A stretch of DNA of 64,000 nucleotides from Dehalococcoidia bacterium. GTDB lineage: Bacteria; Chloroflexota; Dehalococcoidia; DSTF01; JACRBR01. The notes under the pieces are model-generated. The model worked only from the letters and a program-made list of their open reading frames with translations. It did no database searches and was not told the origin of the DNA. Positions 29,978 through 38,597 of this stretch are shown piece by piece; position 1 is the stretch's first letter, and each line of letters opens with the position of its first letter. The DNA lies in assembly GCA_041494685.1 (NCBI GenBank), contig JBGQBE010000001.1:144286-208285 (forward strand), in the 5' to 3' direction. The translations under genes and the position numbers were made by a program.

Positions 29978-32772
29978 GACGACTCGATCACCGCACGCAG
30001 ATCCTGCTTCGCGTCCAGGATGCCCGTCCACAGGTCGCCGATCTTCGCCAGCCGCTCCGGCTCCGTGTCGATGTCGAAGTCGGTCGGGTACACGCGCGGC
30101 AGCTCCTCCCACGTCACCGGCGCCGACACCGCCGCCTCCGCCGACGGCCGCAGCGAATACTCCGCCGCCAGCGTCTTGCCGCGCGTGTTCTGATTGTGGT
30201 CGAAGAAGACCTTGCCCCTCCGCTTCACCGTTTGCCACTCCATCGTCAGGTCGTTCGGGTGCTGCTGCACCATGAACTGCCCCACCACCGCGCTCGCCGC
30301 GCGGATCTCGTCGTACGTGTGCTGCCGCAGCACCGGCACGTAGATGTGCAGCCCCGTCTTCCCCGTTGTCTTCACGAACGACGACAGCCGCATCTGCTCC
30401 AGCAGCTCCTTCAGCGCGAACGCCATCTCCCGCGTCTTCTCGAACGCCCGGCGGTTCAGCGCCGGCTCCTCGCCCTTCCCCTCGTGCCCCGCGTAGATGT
30501 ACGGGTCCAGGTCGAACACCATGAAGTCCGGATAGTTCAGCACGCTCCGGTCCATCGTCTCTTCCGACCCGGCGAACAGCGTCGGCAGCCCGCGCGCGTC
30601 CGGTTCCGTGCTCACGCGCGCCATCCACGCGTGGATCTCCAGGTCCGCCAGCTGCGCGAGCCAGATCAGCGTCGGCAGGTTGTTCACGAGGATGTAGTCG
30701 CCGTCCGCGTCGTTGTGCGCCGAATACAGCGACACCCGCTCGACGTGGAACTCGGCCGGGAACGGCGACGGCCAGTGCTTCTGGTAGAACGACGCGCCGG
30801 CGATGCCGTTCGGGTAGCGCGTCAGCGTCAGCGGCCGGTCGCGCAGGTGCGGCAGCAAGTACGGCGCGACGCGCGCGTAGTAGCGCACCAGCTCGCGCTT
30901 CGTCCGCGCCGGGCGGTCCTTCGTCGCCGGCCAGAACTCCTTGTCCAGGTTCGTCAGCTTCAGTGTCACGCCGTCGATGTCCAGCACGAACGCGGCGCGC
31001 CGCTCCGCGTCGAGCTGCGCCACCACCGACGCCGCCGCCCGCGCCACCGCGTCCAACGCCGCCGCCGGCTCGTCCGCCGACACGACGTCCACCGCGGCCG
31101 CCGCCGGCGCTTCGCGGCGCACGCTGCGCGGGTCGATGTCCGCCCGCAGGCCGCGGAACACCGGCGCGCGCAGGCCGCCGTCCCGCGTCCACGACGTGAA
31201 CCGCACCTGCGCCACCAACTCCGGCCGCACCCAGCAACAGCGCGCCGCCTTGCCGCCCGACCAGCGCCCGCCCACGACCGTCGGCGGGTTCACGAACGGC
31301 GGCGTCTCCGTCTCGATGCGCTTGAGTTGCTGCTTGATCCGCGCCAGCGCCGTGTCCGTCAGCCCGGAGCCGACGCTCGACGCGTACACCAGGTCGTCGC
31401 CGTCGTAATAGCCGACGAGCAGCCCGCCGAACGTCGTGCGCCGCCCGCCCTCGCCTTCCGTGTAGCCGCCGACGACGAACTCCTGCTCGCTGACGTTCTT
31501 CACCTTCAGCCACGCGCCGCTGCGCGCGTCGCTCTCGTACGTGCCGCTCGCGCGTTTCGCCACGATGCCCTCGAATCCCAGCCGCGACGCCGCGTCGTAC
31601 ATCGTTTCGCCGTCGTCCTTCACGTGCTCGACGTACTTCAGGTGGTCGCCCTGCGTCAGCGCGCCCCAGAGCAGTGCCTTCCGGTCGATCAGCGGCACGC
31701 CGCGCACGTCGTAGCCGTCCAGGTACAGCACGTCGAAGGCGTAGTACGACACCGGCGTGTCCGCCGCCGCGCGCTCGGCCTCCGCCGGCCTCGAGAGGTT
31801 GATCCGCGCCTGTAGCTCCTGGAAGTCCGGCGCGCCGGCCTCGTTCACCGCCACGATCTCGCCGTCGAGCACCGCCGACCGCACGCCCTGCGCTTCCAGC
31901 GCGCGCACGACCTCCGGGTACTGCACCGTGATCGCGTTGCCGCGGCGGCTGCGCAGCTCCACCTTGCCGTCGCGCACGAACGCCAGCGCGCGCACGCCGT
32001 CCAGCTTCGGCTCGAAGATCCAGCCCGCGCGCGAGAACGGCCGCTCCACCAGCGTCGCCAGCATCGGCCGCAGCGTGCGCGCGTCCGGGAACGCCGCTTC
32101 GCGCGCGGCCATGTGCGGCGCCGAGCCGTCGCGCGGCGTCGCCTGCATCGCCGGCATGCGGCCTTCCTTCAGGTCCTTGATCGTGACGCCGCTCAGCACG
32201 GAGCGGTCTTCCTGCAGGACGTCGCGCGTCGCCGCGTACTCGTCGCGATGCTTGATCAGCAGCCAGCTCTTCGGGTCCGCCGCGATGCGCACCAGCGTCC
32301 ACGATCCGCGCAGCTTGCGGCCCCGCAGCGTGAACGAGAGCTTGCCAGCGGCGAGCCCCTCGTGCATGCGCGCGCCGCCGCCCGCCTTATCGCCCCACGA
32401 GAACACGCCGCCCTCGTCGGGCGTGTACGTGCCGGCGTCCCAGACGATCACCTGGCCCGCGCCGTAGTTCCCCTTCGGGATCACGCCCTCGAAGCCGCCG
32501 TAGTCGTACGGGTGGTCCTCGACGTGCGCCGCGACGCGCTTCTCCTTCGGGTCCAGCGACGGCCCGCGCGGCACCGCCCACGAGACCAGCACGCCGTCGA
32601 CCTCCAGCCGGAAGTCCCAGTGCATGCGCGTCGCCGCGTGCTGCTGCACCACGAACGTCAGGTCGCCGCGCGGCGGCGGCGCGCCGGCGTCGGGCTCGGG
32701 CGTGCGGGCGAAGTCCCGCTTCTGGCGGTAGCGCAGCAGCGCGTCGAGATCGGGCGCGGGCTTCTCTGGCAT
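29974..32772 (-). CDS. ligD: Multidomain ATP-dependent DNA ligase D (phosphoesterase - ligase - polymerase/primase) for NHEJ
   Basis: N-terminal PE domain (HWDFRLE). Adenylation and OB domains. C-terminal LigD polymerase domain. ORF 29974..32847 trimmed to MPEKPAPD. Confidence 0.85.
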   Translation of the reverse strand: MPEKPAPDLDALLRYRQKRDFARTPEPDAGAPPPRGDLTFVVQQHAATRMHWDFRLEVDGVLVSWAVPRGPSLDPKEKRVAAHVEDHPYDYGGFEGVIPKGNYGAGQVIVWDAGTYTPDEGGVFSWGDKAGGGARMHEGLAAGKLSFTLRGRKLRGSWTLVRIAADPKSWLLIKHRDEYAATRDVLQEDRSVLSGVTIKDLKEGRMPAMQATPRDGSAPHMAAREAAFPDARTLRPMLATLVERPFSRAGWIFEPKLDGVRALAFVRDGKVELRSRRGNAITVQYPEVVRALEAQGVRSAVLDGEIVAVNEAGAPDFQELQARINLSRPAEAERAAADTPVSYYAFDVLYLDGYDVRGVPLIDRKALLWGALTQGDHLKYVEHVKDDGETMYDAASRLGFEGIVAKRASGTYESDARSGAWLKVKNVSEQEFVVGGYTEGEGGRRTTFGGLLVGYYDGDDLVYASSVGSGLTDTALARIKQQLKRIETETPPFVNPPTVVGGRWSGGKAARCCWVRPELVAQVRFTSWTRDGGLRAPVFRGLRADIDPRSVRREAPAAAAVDVVSADEPAAALDAVARAAASVVAQLDAERRAAFVLDIDGVTLKLTNLDKEFWPATKDRPARTKRELVRYYARVAPYLLPHLRDRPLTLTRYPNGIAGASFYQKHWPSPFPAEFHVERVSLYSAHNDADGDYILVNNLPTLIWLAQLADLEIHAWMARVSTEPDARGLPTLFAGSEETMDRSVLNYPDFMVFDLDPYIYAGHEGKGEEPALNRRAFEKTREMAFALKELLEQMRLSSFVKTTGKTGLHIYVPVLRQHTYDEIRAASAVVGQFMVQQHPNDLTMEWQTVKRRGKVFFDHNQNTRGKTLAAEYSLRPSAEAAVSAPVTWEELPRVYPTDFDIDTEPERLAKIGDLWTGILDAKQDLRAVIESS

Positions 32773-32855
32773 GCGATGATTGTAGTAGGTAGCGGGTAGT
32801 GGGTAGTGGGTAGTCAGCAGTCGGCAGTCAGTGGTCGGTAGTAACAACTCCCCAA

Positions 32856-33257
32856 CTACGAACTACCCACTCCCAACTCGATCTCCCACCGTCCCGCGAA
32901 CCCGCTCCGCGACAGCGTGCCCTCCGCCGTCGCCGCGCCCGCCGCCGACTCGTAGCGGCCGCTGCCGCCGTCGATCTCGTAGCGCAGGCGCATCGTGTGG
33001 TCGGCGTCGCCGACCACGCCCTCCATCTCGGCCACGTCCCCCGCGACCAGCGTCCCGAACAGCTCGTCGCCGTCGCTCGCCGTCAGCGTGAGGTCGCCTT
33101 CGCCGGTGTTCTCCCGCAGCCCGATGTTCCACGTCACGCCGCCGACCAGCGTCCACGCCGCGTCCGCGCTCGCCCCCTCGATCGTCGCCGTGCGCGTGCC
33201 GTTGAGCAGCTCCTGCCACTCCACCACGTCGCCAGCGACTTCGATCTCGATCCGCAT
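32856..33257 (-). CDS. Hypothetical protein
   Basis: ORF 32856..33311, likely start MRIEIEV. No recognisable motif. Confidence 0.4.
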   Translation of the reverse strand: MRIEIEVAGDVVEWQELLNGTRTATIEGASADAAWTLVGGVTWNIGLRENTGEGDLTLTASDGDELFGTLVAGDVAEMEGVVGDADHTMRLRYEIDGGSGRYESAAGAATAEGTLSRSGFAGRWEIELGVGSS

Positions 33258-33328
33258 GTGCGCTGCTCCGGAAACGCGACGAGGCGGGCTCGCGCCCGCC
33301 TCAGTCGTCATTCGCTGCGTGCGGGCGG

Positions 33329-34291
33329 TTAGCCCTCGGCCTTGACCTTCTTCACCGCCGCGATGAACGCCGGCAGCACCGTCTTGTAGTCGCCCACGAT
33401 GCCGAACCGCGACGCCTTGAAGATGTTCGCATCGGCATCCTTGTTGATCGCCACGATGTTCTTCGATCCCGAGCAGCCCGCCATGTGCTGGCTCGCGCCC
33501 GAGATCGCCACCGCGATGTACAGCGTCGGGCTCACGACCTTGCCGGTCAGGCCCACCTGCTCGGACACGGGCCGCCAGCCCAGGTCCGCCACCGCGCGGC
33601 TCGCGCCGACGGCGCCGCCCAGCAGGTGCGCCAGTTCGGTGATACCCTCGAAGCCCTCCGGCCCGCCCAGTCCGCGGCCGCCGCTCACCACGACTTCCGC
33701 GTCTTCCAGCCGCACGCCTTCCGACGTCGCGACCTTGCGATCGATCACTTTGGTGCGGATGCCCGACAGGTCCACGTCCACCTTCTCGACCGCGCCGGCG
33801 CTGCCGCCCGCGGCCGCGTCCTGCGACTTCGGCCGCACCGTCGCCACCGCCGGCGTCCCGGCGAAGCTGTTGACCGCGCGCGCGGCGCCGCCGTACGCGG
33901 GGCGCGTCGTGTGCAGCTTGCCGCCCTGCATCTCCAGCGCGATCGTGTCCATCGCGACGGCGGTGCCCAGCTTGTACGCCAGCGCCGGCCCCAGGTCGCG
34001 CCCGATGTTCGTCTGGCCGAGCAGCACGACCGCCGGATCTGCCTTCCGCGCCACGGCCGCCGTCGCCAGCGAGAAGCCGTCGGTCGTGTACTGCGCCAGC
34101 GCCGCGTTGTCCACCACGTACGTCTTCTCGACGCCCGTGATCTTCGCCGCCGCAGCCTCCACGCCGGACCCGATCAGCATCGCCGACACCGGGCCGGCGT
34201 TCAGGCGCTGCGCCGCGCCGATGAGTTCGTTCGTGATCGCCACCACCTCGCCATCAGCGACCTCGGCGAGGATGAGTACTCCGTTTGCCAT
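33329..34291 (-). CDS. etfA: Electron transfer flavoprotein alpha subunit
   Basis: C-terminal FAD-binding region PELYIAVAISGASQHMAG. Confidence 0.9.
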   Translation of the reverse strand: MANGVLILAEVADGEVVAITNELIGAAQRLNAGPVSAMLIGSGVEAAAAKITGVEKTYVVDNAALAQYTTDGFSLATAAVARKADPAVVLLGQTNIGRDLGPALAYKLGTAVAMDTIALEMQGGKLHTTRPAYGGAARAVNSFAGTPAVATVRPKSQDAAAGGSAGAVEKVDVDLSGIRTKVIDRKVATSEGVRLEDAEVVVSGGRGLGGPEGFEGITELAHLLGGAVGASRAVADLGWRPVSEQVGLTGKVVSPTLYIAVAISGASQHMAGCSGSKNIVAINKDADANIFKASRFGIVGDYKTVLPAFIAAVKKVKAEG

Positions 34292-34349
34292 GTCGTTCGT
34301 TCTCCGTTCGTGCGCCGCGCGGCCCGAAAGCCGCGGCGCGGCTCCCCTG

Positions 34350-35144
34350 CTAGATCAGCTTGGCTTCCTGCAGGCGCCGCGCCAGCGCCATCGCCTGGTC
34401 TTCGGGCGTGTCGCCCTCCATGATCTCGACCTTCGTGTCCACCAGCGGCACGAAGAGCTTCTCCAGCGTCAGCCGCGGCGCCAGCGCGCCGGCGTCGACA
34501 CCCACGTCGCCCGCGCCCCAGATGTTCACCTGCTTCTTCGCCGCCGCCATGATCTGCTGCAGCTTCGGGTAGCGCGGCTCGCCCAGCTCGTTGCTCACCG
34601 TCACCACCGCCGGCAGCGACGATTCCACCGTCTCGTACGAGTCCGGCAGCACGCGCTCCACCGTGACGCTCGCGCCCGCGACCGTCACCGACTTCGCGAA
34701 GGTGACGACGGGTGTGCCGAGCATCTCCGCGATCAGCGTGCCGGTCACGCCCAGGTCCCAGTCCACCGCCTGCCGGCCCGTGAGCACCAGATCCACGTCG
34801 CCGAGCTTCTTGATAGCGGCGGAAAGCACCGTCGCAGTGCCCGTGCTGTCGAGGTCGTTGAACGCGTCATCGACCAGCAGCACGCCTTCGTCGCCGCCCA
34901 TCGCCAGGCCGTGCTTGATCACGTCGCGCGCGGTGGCCGCGCCGAGGCTCATGATCGTGACCTTGGTCTCGCCGCCGGCGTCCTTGATCCGCATCGCCGC
35001 TTCGACGGCGATCGCGTCGAACTGGCTGGGTACCGGCGCCACGCCGGGCGGCGGTACCACCTTCTTGGCCCCCTCATCGACCTTGAAGCTGGCCGGGGGA
35101 ATGTCCCAGTCGGGCACCTGTTTCACGCAGACAACAATATGCAA
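34350..35144 (-). CDS. etfB: Electron transfer flavoprotein beta subunit
   Basis: MHIVVCVKQVPD N-terminus. Confidence 0.9.
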   Translation of the reverse strand: MHIVVCVKQVPDWDIPPASFKVDEGAKKVVPPPGVAPVPSQFDAIAVEAAMRIKDAGGETKVTIMSLGAATARDVIKHGLAMGGDEGVLLVDDAFNDLDSTGTATVLSAAIKKLGDVDLVLTGRQAVDWDLGVTGTLIAEMLGTPVVTFAKSVTVAGASVTVERVLPDSYETVESSLPAVVTVSNELGEPRYPKLQQIMAAAKKQVNIWGAGDVGVDAGALAPRLTLEKLFVPLVDTKVEIMEGDTPEDQAMALARRLQEAKLI

Positions 35145-35397
35145 CGTCGTCCCTCCCTTTGGGCAGAATTGATTCTGAAGTTCATGGGTCAGGGGGCTGC
35201 CAGCAGCGGAGGCGCGATAGGCCCCTGAGGCCAGTCCAAGTTACAGGACGACCCCCCTTAGGTCTAGCAAATTTGCGCTTCGTCAAGCTGCCCCGCGGGC
35301 GCCCGGGGCGGAACTATGACGATTTCACCGTTACCCCCGCCGCCTTCCGGCCGATGTTCTAAGCAGGGGAACAGGTAGCAGGCCGCGACGACAGGGG

Positions 35398-36387
35398 GTG
35401 GATTCGTTGCGAAGTACGGAAACTACCGCCCTGCCCGGCAACGGCTGGCAGGGATTGATCTCGCGGCGCAGCTTCCGCGCGATGAACACGGACGTGCTCA
35501 TCGTGGCGGGCGGAGCACCACGCCCCGCGCTGCTCGACGCCGCCGAGCGCTTGTTCCGCGCCTACGAGGCGCGTTTCAGCCGCTTTCTCGCCGACAGCGA
35601 ACTCTCGGCGCTGAACCGCGCCGCCGGCGCCGGCGTGCCCGTCTCGCCGGAGATGCTCCGCATCCTTGACCGCGCTGTCGCGCTGCACCGGCGCACCGAC
35701 GGCGTGTTCGACCCGGCCATCCTGCCCGCCCTCGAGGCCGCGGGCTACGACCGCTCGTTCGAGCGCGTCGACCGCGACTGCGCCGCGATCCCGCGTGCGC
35801 CCGCGCGGAGCGGCTCGGTCGCGGACTTGCGGATCGACTACGCGCGGTCAGTCGTGAACGCGCCGGCACGCGTGCGTATCGATCTCGGCGGCATCGGCAA
35901 AGGCTTCACCGTCGATGCCGCGGCGGCCGTGCTCCGGCCGTGCGGCAACGCGCTGGTCGATGCCGGCGGCGACATCCACGCCTTCGGCGATGGCCCGGAC
36001 GGCGACGGCTGGCTGATCGGCGTCGGCGACCCGCTGGAGCCGTCGCGCCTGCTCGACCAGGTCTGGCTGCACGACGCGGCGCTCGCCACCTCCACCACCG
36101 CGGCGCGGCGCTGGCTGCGCGGCGGCGTCCTCCAGCATCACATCATCGATCCACGCACCGGGACGCCGGCCGAAACCAACGTCGTCTCCGTCACCGTACT
36201 CGCCGCGAGCGCGGTGGAGGCGGAGGTCCTCGCGAAATCGGCGCTCGTGCTGGGCTACGGCGAGGGGCGCGCACTGCTGGAGGCGCAGCACGCAGCGGGG
36301 CTGTTCGTGCTGGCCGGCGGCGGCGTACGCACCACCGACGACTGGCCCGGCGATGCGCATCACGCAGAAATGGAGCATCAGCTATGA
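35398..36387 (+). CDS. apbE: FAD:protein FMN transferase (flavin transferase ApbE)
   Basis: FRAMNTDVLI near the N-terminus. GGIGKGF motif. GTG start. Confidence 0.8.
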   Translation: MDSLRSTETTALPGNGWQGLISRRSFRAMNTDVLIVAGGAPRPALLDAAERLFRAYEARFSRFLADSELSALNRAAGAGVPVSPEMLRILDRAVALHRRTDGVFDPAILPALEAAGYDRSFERVDRDCAAIPRAPARSGSVADLRIDYARSVVNAPARVRIDLGGIGKGFTVDAAAAVLRPCGNALVDAGGDIHAFGDGPDGDGWLIGVGDPLEPSRLLDQVWLHDAALATSTTAARRWLRGGVLQHHIIDPRTGTPAETNVVSVTVLAASAVEAEVLAKSALVLGYGEGRALLEAQHAAGLFVLAGGGVRTTDDWPGDAHHAEMEHQL

Positions 36388-36560
36388 CACGCAGGATGGC
36401 GCTTGCCGTGGCCCTGGCGTTCACCACGATCGTCACGTTCAGCGTGGTGGTGTTCGGCGCACAGCACGGCGTATTCAACGATCCGAAGGCACCCGCGCAG
36501 CAGGCCGTCGCCGGCACGCCGGAGCCCGAAGCCACCGCTACGGAGGTCCCGCCGCCGACG
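36360..36560 (+). repeat. Tandem duplication unit 1 (5' end of a small membrane protein gene plus its RBS region)
   Basis: ~85% nucleotide identity to 36836..37040. Confidence 0.7.
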
Positions 36561-36779
36561 CCGCTCCCGCCGGTCGTGATCACGCGATACGTGTACATCG
36601 ACGACCCGGCGCCCGTATTGGCGGCCGCGGCGCGACCCTCCACCGCGGCCCCGCCGCCCGTTGCTTCGCCGACGACGACTCTACCGCCAGCAACGCCGCC
36701 GACGACGACTCCACCGACCGTGGCGCCGCGACCCGCGCCGGAGAGTTCGGAGCCCCACGAGGAAGAGGGGGACGACTGA
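36384..36779 (+). CDS. Small signal-anchored Pro/Thr-rich protein (paralog A)
   Basis: ATGA overlap with the apbE stop. MTRRMALAVALAFTTIVTFSVVVFGAQHGVF... N-terminal TM followed by a Pro-rich tail. Confidence 0.6.
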   Translation: MTRRMALAVALAFTTIVTFSVVVFGAQHGVFNDPKAPAQQAVAGTPEPEATATEVPPPTPLPPVVITRYVYIDDPAPVLAAAARPSTAAPPPVASPTTTLPPATPPTTTPPTVAPRPAPESSEPHEEEGDD

Positions 36780-36859
36780 CCTGCGATTCCTGACGAAGCG
36801 CTGGTCTTGGCGCTGGACGCGTCCGGACGCTTCGTCGCCACCGAAAGAGAGCATCGGCT

Positions 36860-37456
36860 ATGACACGCAGGATGGCGCTTGCCGCAGCGCTGGCGTTCAC
36901 GACCATCGTCACGTTCAGCGTGGTGGTGTTCGGCGCACAGCACGGCGTATTCAGCGATAAGAAGGCATCCAGGCAGGCCGTCGCCGAACCGCCGGCCGAT
37001 ACACCCGAGCCCGAAGCTACGGCCACGCGGGTCCCGCCGCCGGCGCCGCTCGCACCGGTCGTGCTGACACGATACGTCTACGTGGACGACCCGGCGCCCG
37101 AGGCCGCGGCTCCGCCGGCTGCTGCCGCCGCCGCAAGCCCGCCCACGGCGGCGCCCGCCGCGTCGCCGACGCGCGCCGCGTCGCCCACGGCGCAGCCTTC
37201 AGCAACGCCGACGACGCTGCCGCCGACGGCCACTCCCGCGGCGTCGGCTCCGGCACAGTCGCAGTCCACGGAGCTGGAGTTCGTCGGCACCGTCACGGCG
37301 ATCGACGGCAACGTGGTCACGTTCTCGCACGAAGGACAACTGACCGCCGTCCAGGTCGGCAACCCGTCGTCGCTCACTGTCGGCACCACGGCGCACGTGC
37401 ATGCGATCCTCAAGTCCGGCGCCTACGTCGCTACCGAGATCGAGGCAGGAGGCTAG
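36860..37456 (+). CDS. Signal-anchored Pro/Ala-rich protein with C-terminal beta-rich domain (paralog B)
   Basis: N-terminal 60 aa nearly identical to paralog A. C-terminal ELEFVGTVTAIDGNVVTF...AYVATEIE small beta domain. Confidence 0.65.
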   Translation: MTRRMALAAALAFTTIVTFSVVVFGAQHGVFSDKKASRQAVAEPPADTPEPEATATRVPPPAPLAPVVLTRYVYVDDPAPEAAAPPAAAAAASPPTAAPAASPTRAASPTAQPSATPTTLPPTATPAASAPAQSQSTELEFVGTVTAIDGNVVTFSHEGQLTAVQVGNPSSLTVGTTAHVHAILKSGAYVATEIEAGG

Positions 37457-37457
37457 G

Positions 37458-37970
37458 ATGCAATTCTTCACCAAGTTCCCGCGCACCAAGATCGTCACCA
37501 CCGGCGCGACGCTGTTCTCGCTGCTCGGCATCTGGGGCGTGCTGGCGTGGCCGGCGTGGATGGCGCCCGACAAATCGCACCCCGCAGACCCGCAGATCGC
37601 CGCGCTCCAGGCGCTGGCGAAGCTGCCTCCCGACCAGCTCGCCGCGCTGATGAAGCCCGCGCCCAAAGCGCCCGCTCCAGCCGCCGTCGCGCCGGCGCCG
37701 CAGGTGGTCGTGCAGCGCGTCATCGAGCAGGTCATCGTCGTACACCGCCAGGCCGCGTCGCCTGCGGGTGCGCCGCTGCCTGCCGGGGCGCCTCCGCCTG
37801 AAGCGCCGGTCGCCGCGCCGCCACCCGAAGCGCCCGCCGCGGCTCCGCCGCCACCCGCGCCCGCCCCTGCGCCTTCGGCGCCGCCGCCGGCCGCCGCGCC
37901 GCCGGCGCCCGCCCTCGCGCCCGCGCCCAAGCCGGCGCCCGCGCCGGCCACGATCACGAAGGCGTCGTGA
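37458..37970 (+). CDS. Signal-anchored Pro/Ala-rich repetitive protein
   Basis: GGAGG RBS. MQFFTKFPRTKIV N-terminus. PEAPxAAPPP repeats. Confidence 0.6.
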   Translation: MQFFTKFPRTKIVTTGATLFSLLGIWGVLAWPAWMAPDKSHPADPQIAALQALAKLPPDQLAALMKPAPKAPAPAAVAPAPQVVVQRVIEQVIVVHRQAASPAGAPLPAGAPPPEAPVAAPPPEAPAAAPPPPAPAPAPSAPPPAAAPPAPALAPAPKPAPAPATITKAS

Positions 37971-38581
37971 CGATCGTGGGGACGTTGGCGGCGATGCCCG
38001 ATATCTCGGCGCACATGTACTGGTACCTGGGCCGGTCCAGCGGCTTCGTCGCGTACTGGCTGCTCTTCTCGTCGGTCGCGATGGGCCTGGCCGTCAGCTC
38101 ACGCGTCTTCGATGGCGCCCTGGCGCGGCCCTGGGTGTTCGAGGTGCACAAGTTCCTGTCGGTCTTCGTAATGGTCGTGATGGTCTTCCACGCGCTCATC
38201 ATGCTGCCCGACCCGTACGCGAAGTTCACCATCGCCCAGCTGCTGGTACCGATGAAGTCGCACTACAAGAGCCTGGCGATGGCCGTCGGCATCGTCACGC
38301 TCTACACGTCGCTGCTGGTGACGCTGAGCTTCTACGCGAAGGGGCTGATCGGACAGAACGGCTGGCGCAGGCTGCACTACGTCACGTTCGCAGTCTTCAT
38401 CGGCGCGATGACGCACGGCGTCTTCGCCGGCACCGACGCCGCGAAGCCGTTCGTGCAGTACAGCTACCTCGCGTCCGGCGCGGCCGTGCTGTTCCTGACG
38501 TTCTTCCGCATCCTCGCGTCGCGCTCCGCCGCGCGCCCCGCCCGCGTGCGCGCCGTGCCGCCGCGCGCCGAGGCCGCATAG
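37967..38581 (+). CDS. Ferric-reductase-like transmembrane heme-b protein (MsrQ/YedZ-like FRD domain)
   Basis: GTG start in GTGA overlap with the preceding gene. 6 TM helices with conserved His pairs (HKF...H, HYVTF...H). Confidence 0.65.
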   Translation: MTIVGTLAAMPDISAHMYWYLGRSSGFVAYWLLFSSVAMGLAVSSRVFDGALARPWVFEVHKFLSVFVMVVMVFHALIMLPDPYAKFTIAQLLVPMKSHYKSLAMAVGIVTLYTSLLVTLSFYAKGLIGQNGWRRLHYVTFAVFIGAMTHGVFAGTDAAKPFVQYSYLASGAAVLFLTFFRILASRSAARPARVRAVPPRAEAA

Positions 38582-38597
38582 CGGCGGCTCGCCCACC

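Noticed and set aside
29307-32302. ORF 29307..29915 (-), the 5' 775 codons of ORF 29363..32302 (-), and 30196..31815 (+)
   Set aside because: Arg-rich frames overlapping ligD. Only the 3' 204 codons of 29363..32302 (the CDF-like protein, GTGA-coupled to ligD) were retained.
33399-35228. 609-aa plus-strand ORF across etfA/etfB
   Set aside because: Antisense to two highly conserved ETF genes. Composition is Ser/Ala/Pro/Arg-rich.
37458-37475. TTGAT(L) stretch in the Pro-rich protein resembling an ApbE flavinylation site ([S/T]GAT)
   Set aside because: It lies at the cytoplasmic/TM boundary of the signal anchor rather than in an extracytoplasmic FMN_bind-like domain, and it lacks the upstream Asp. 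Probably coincidental.
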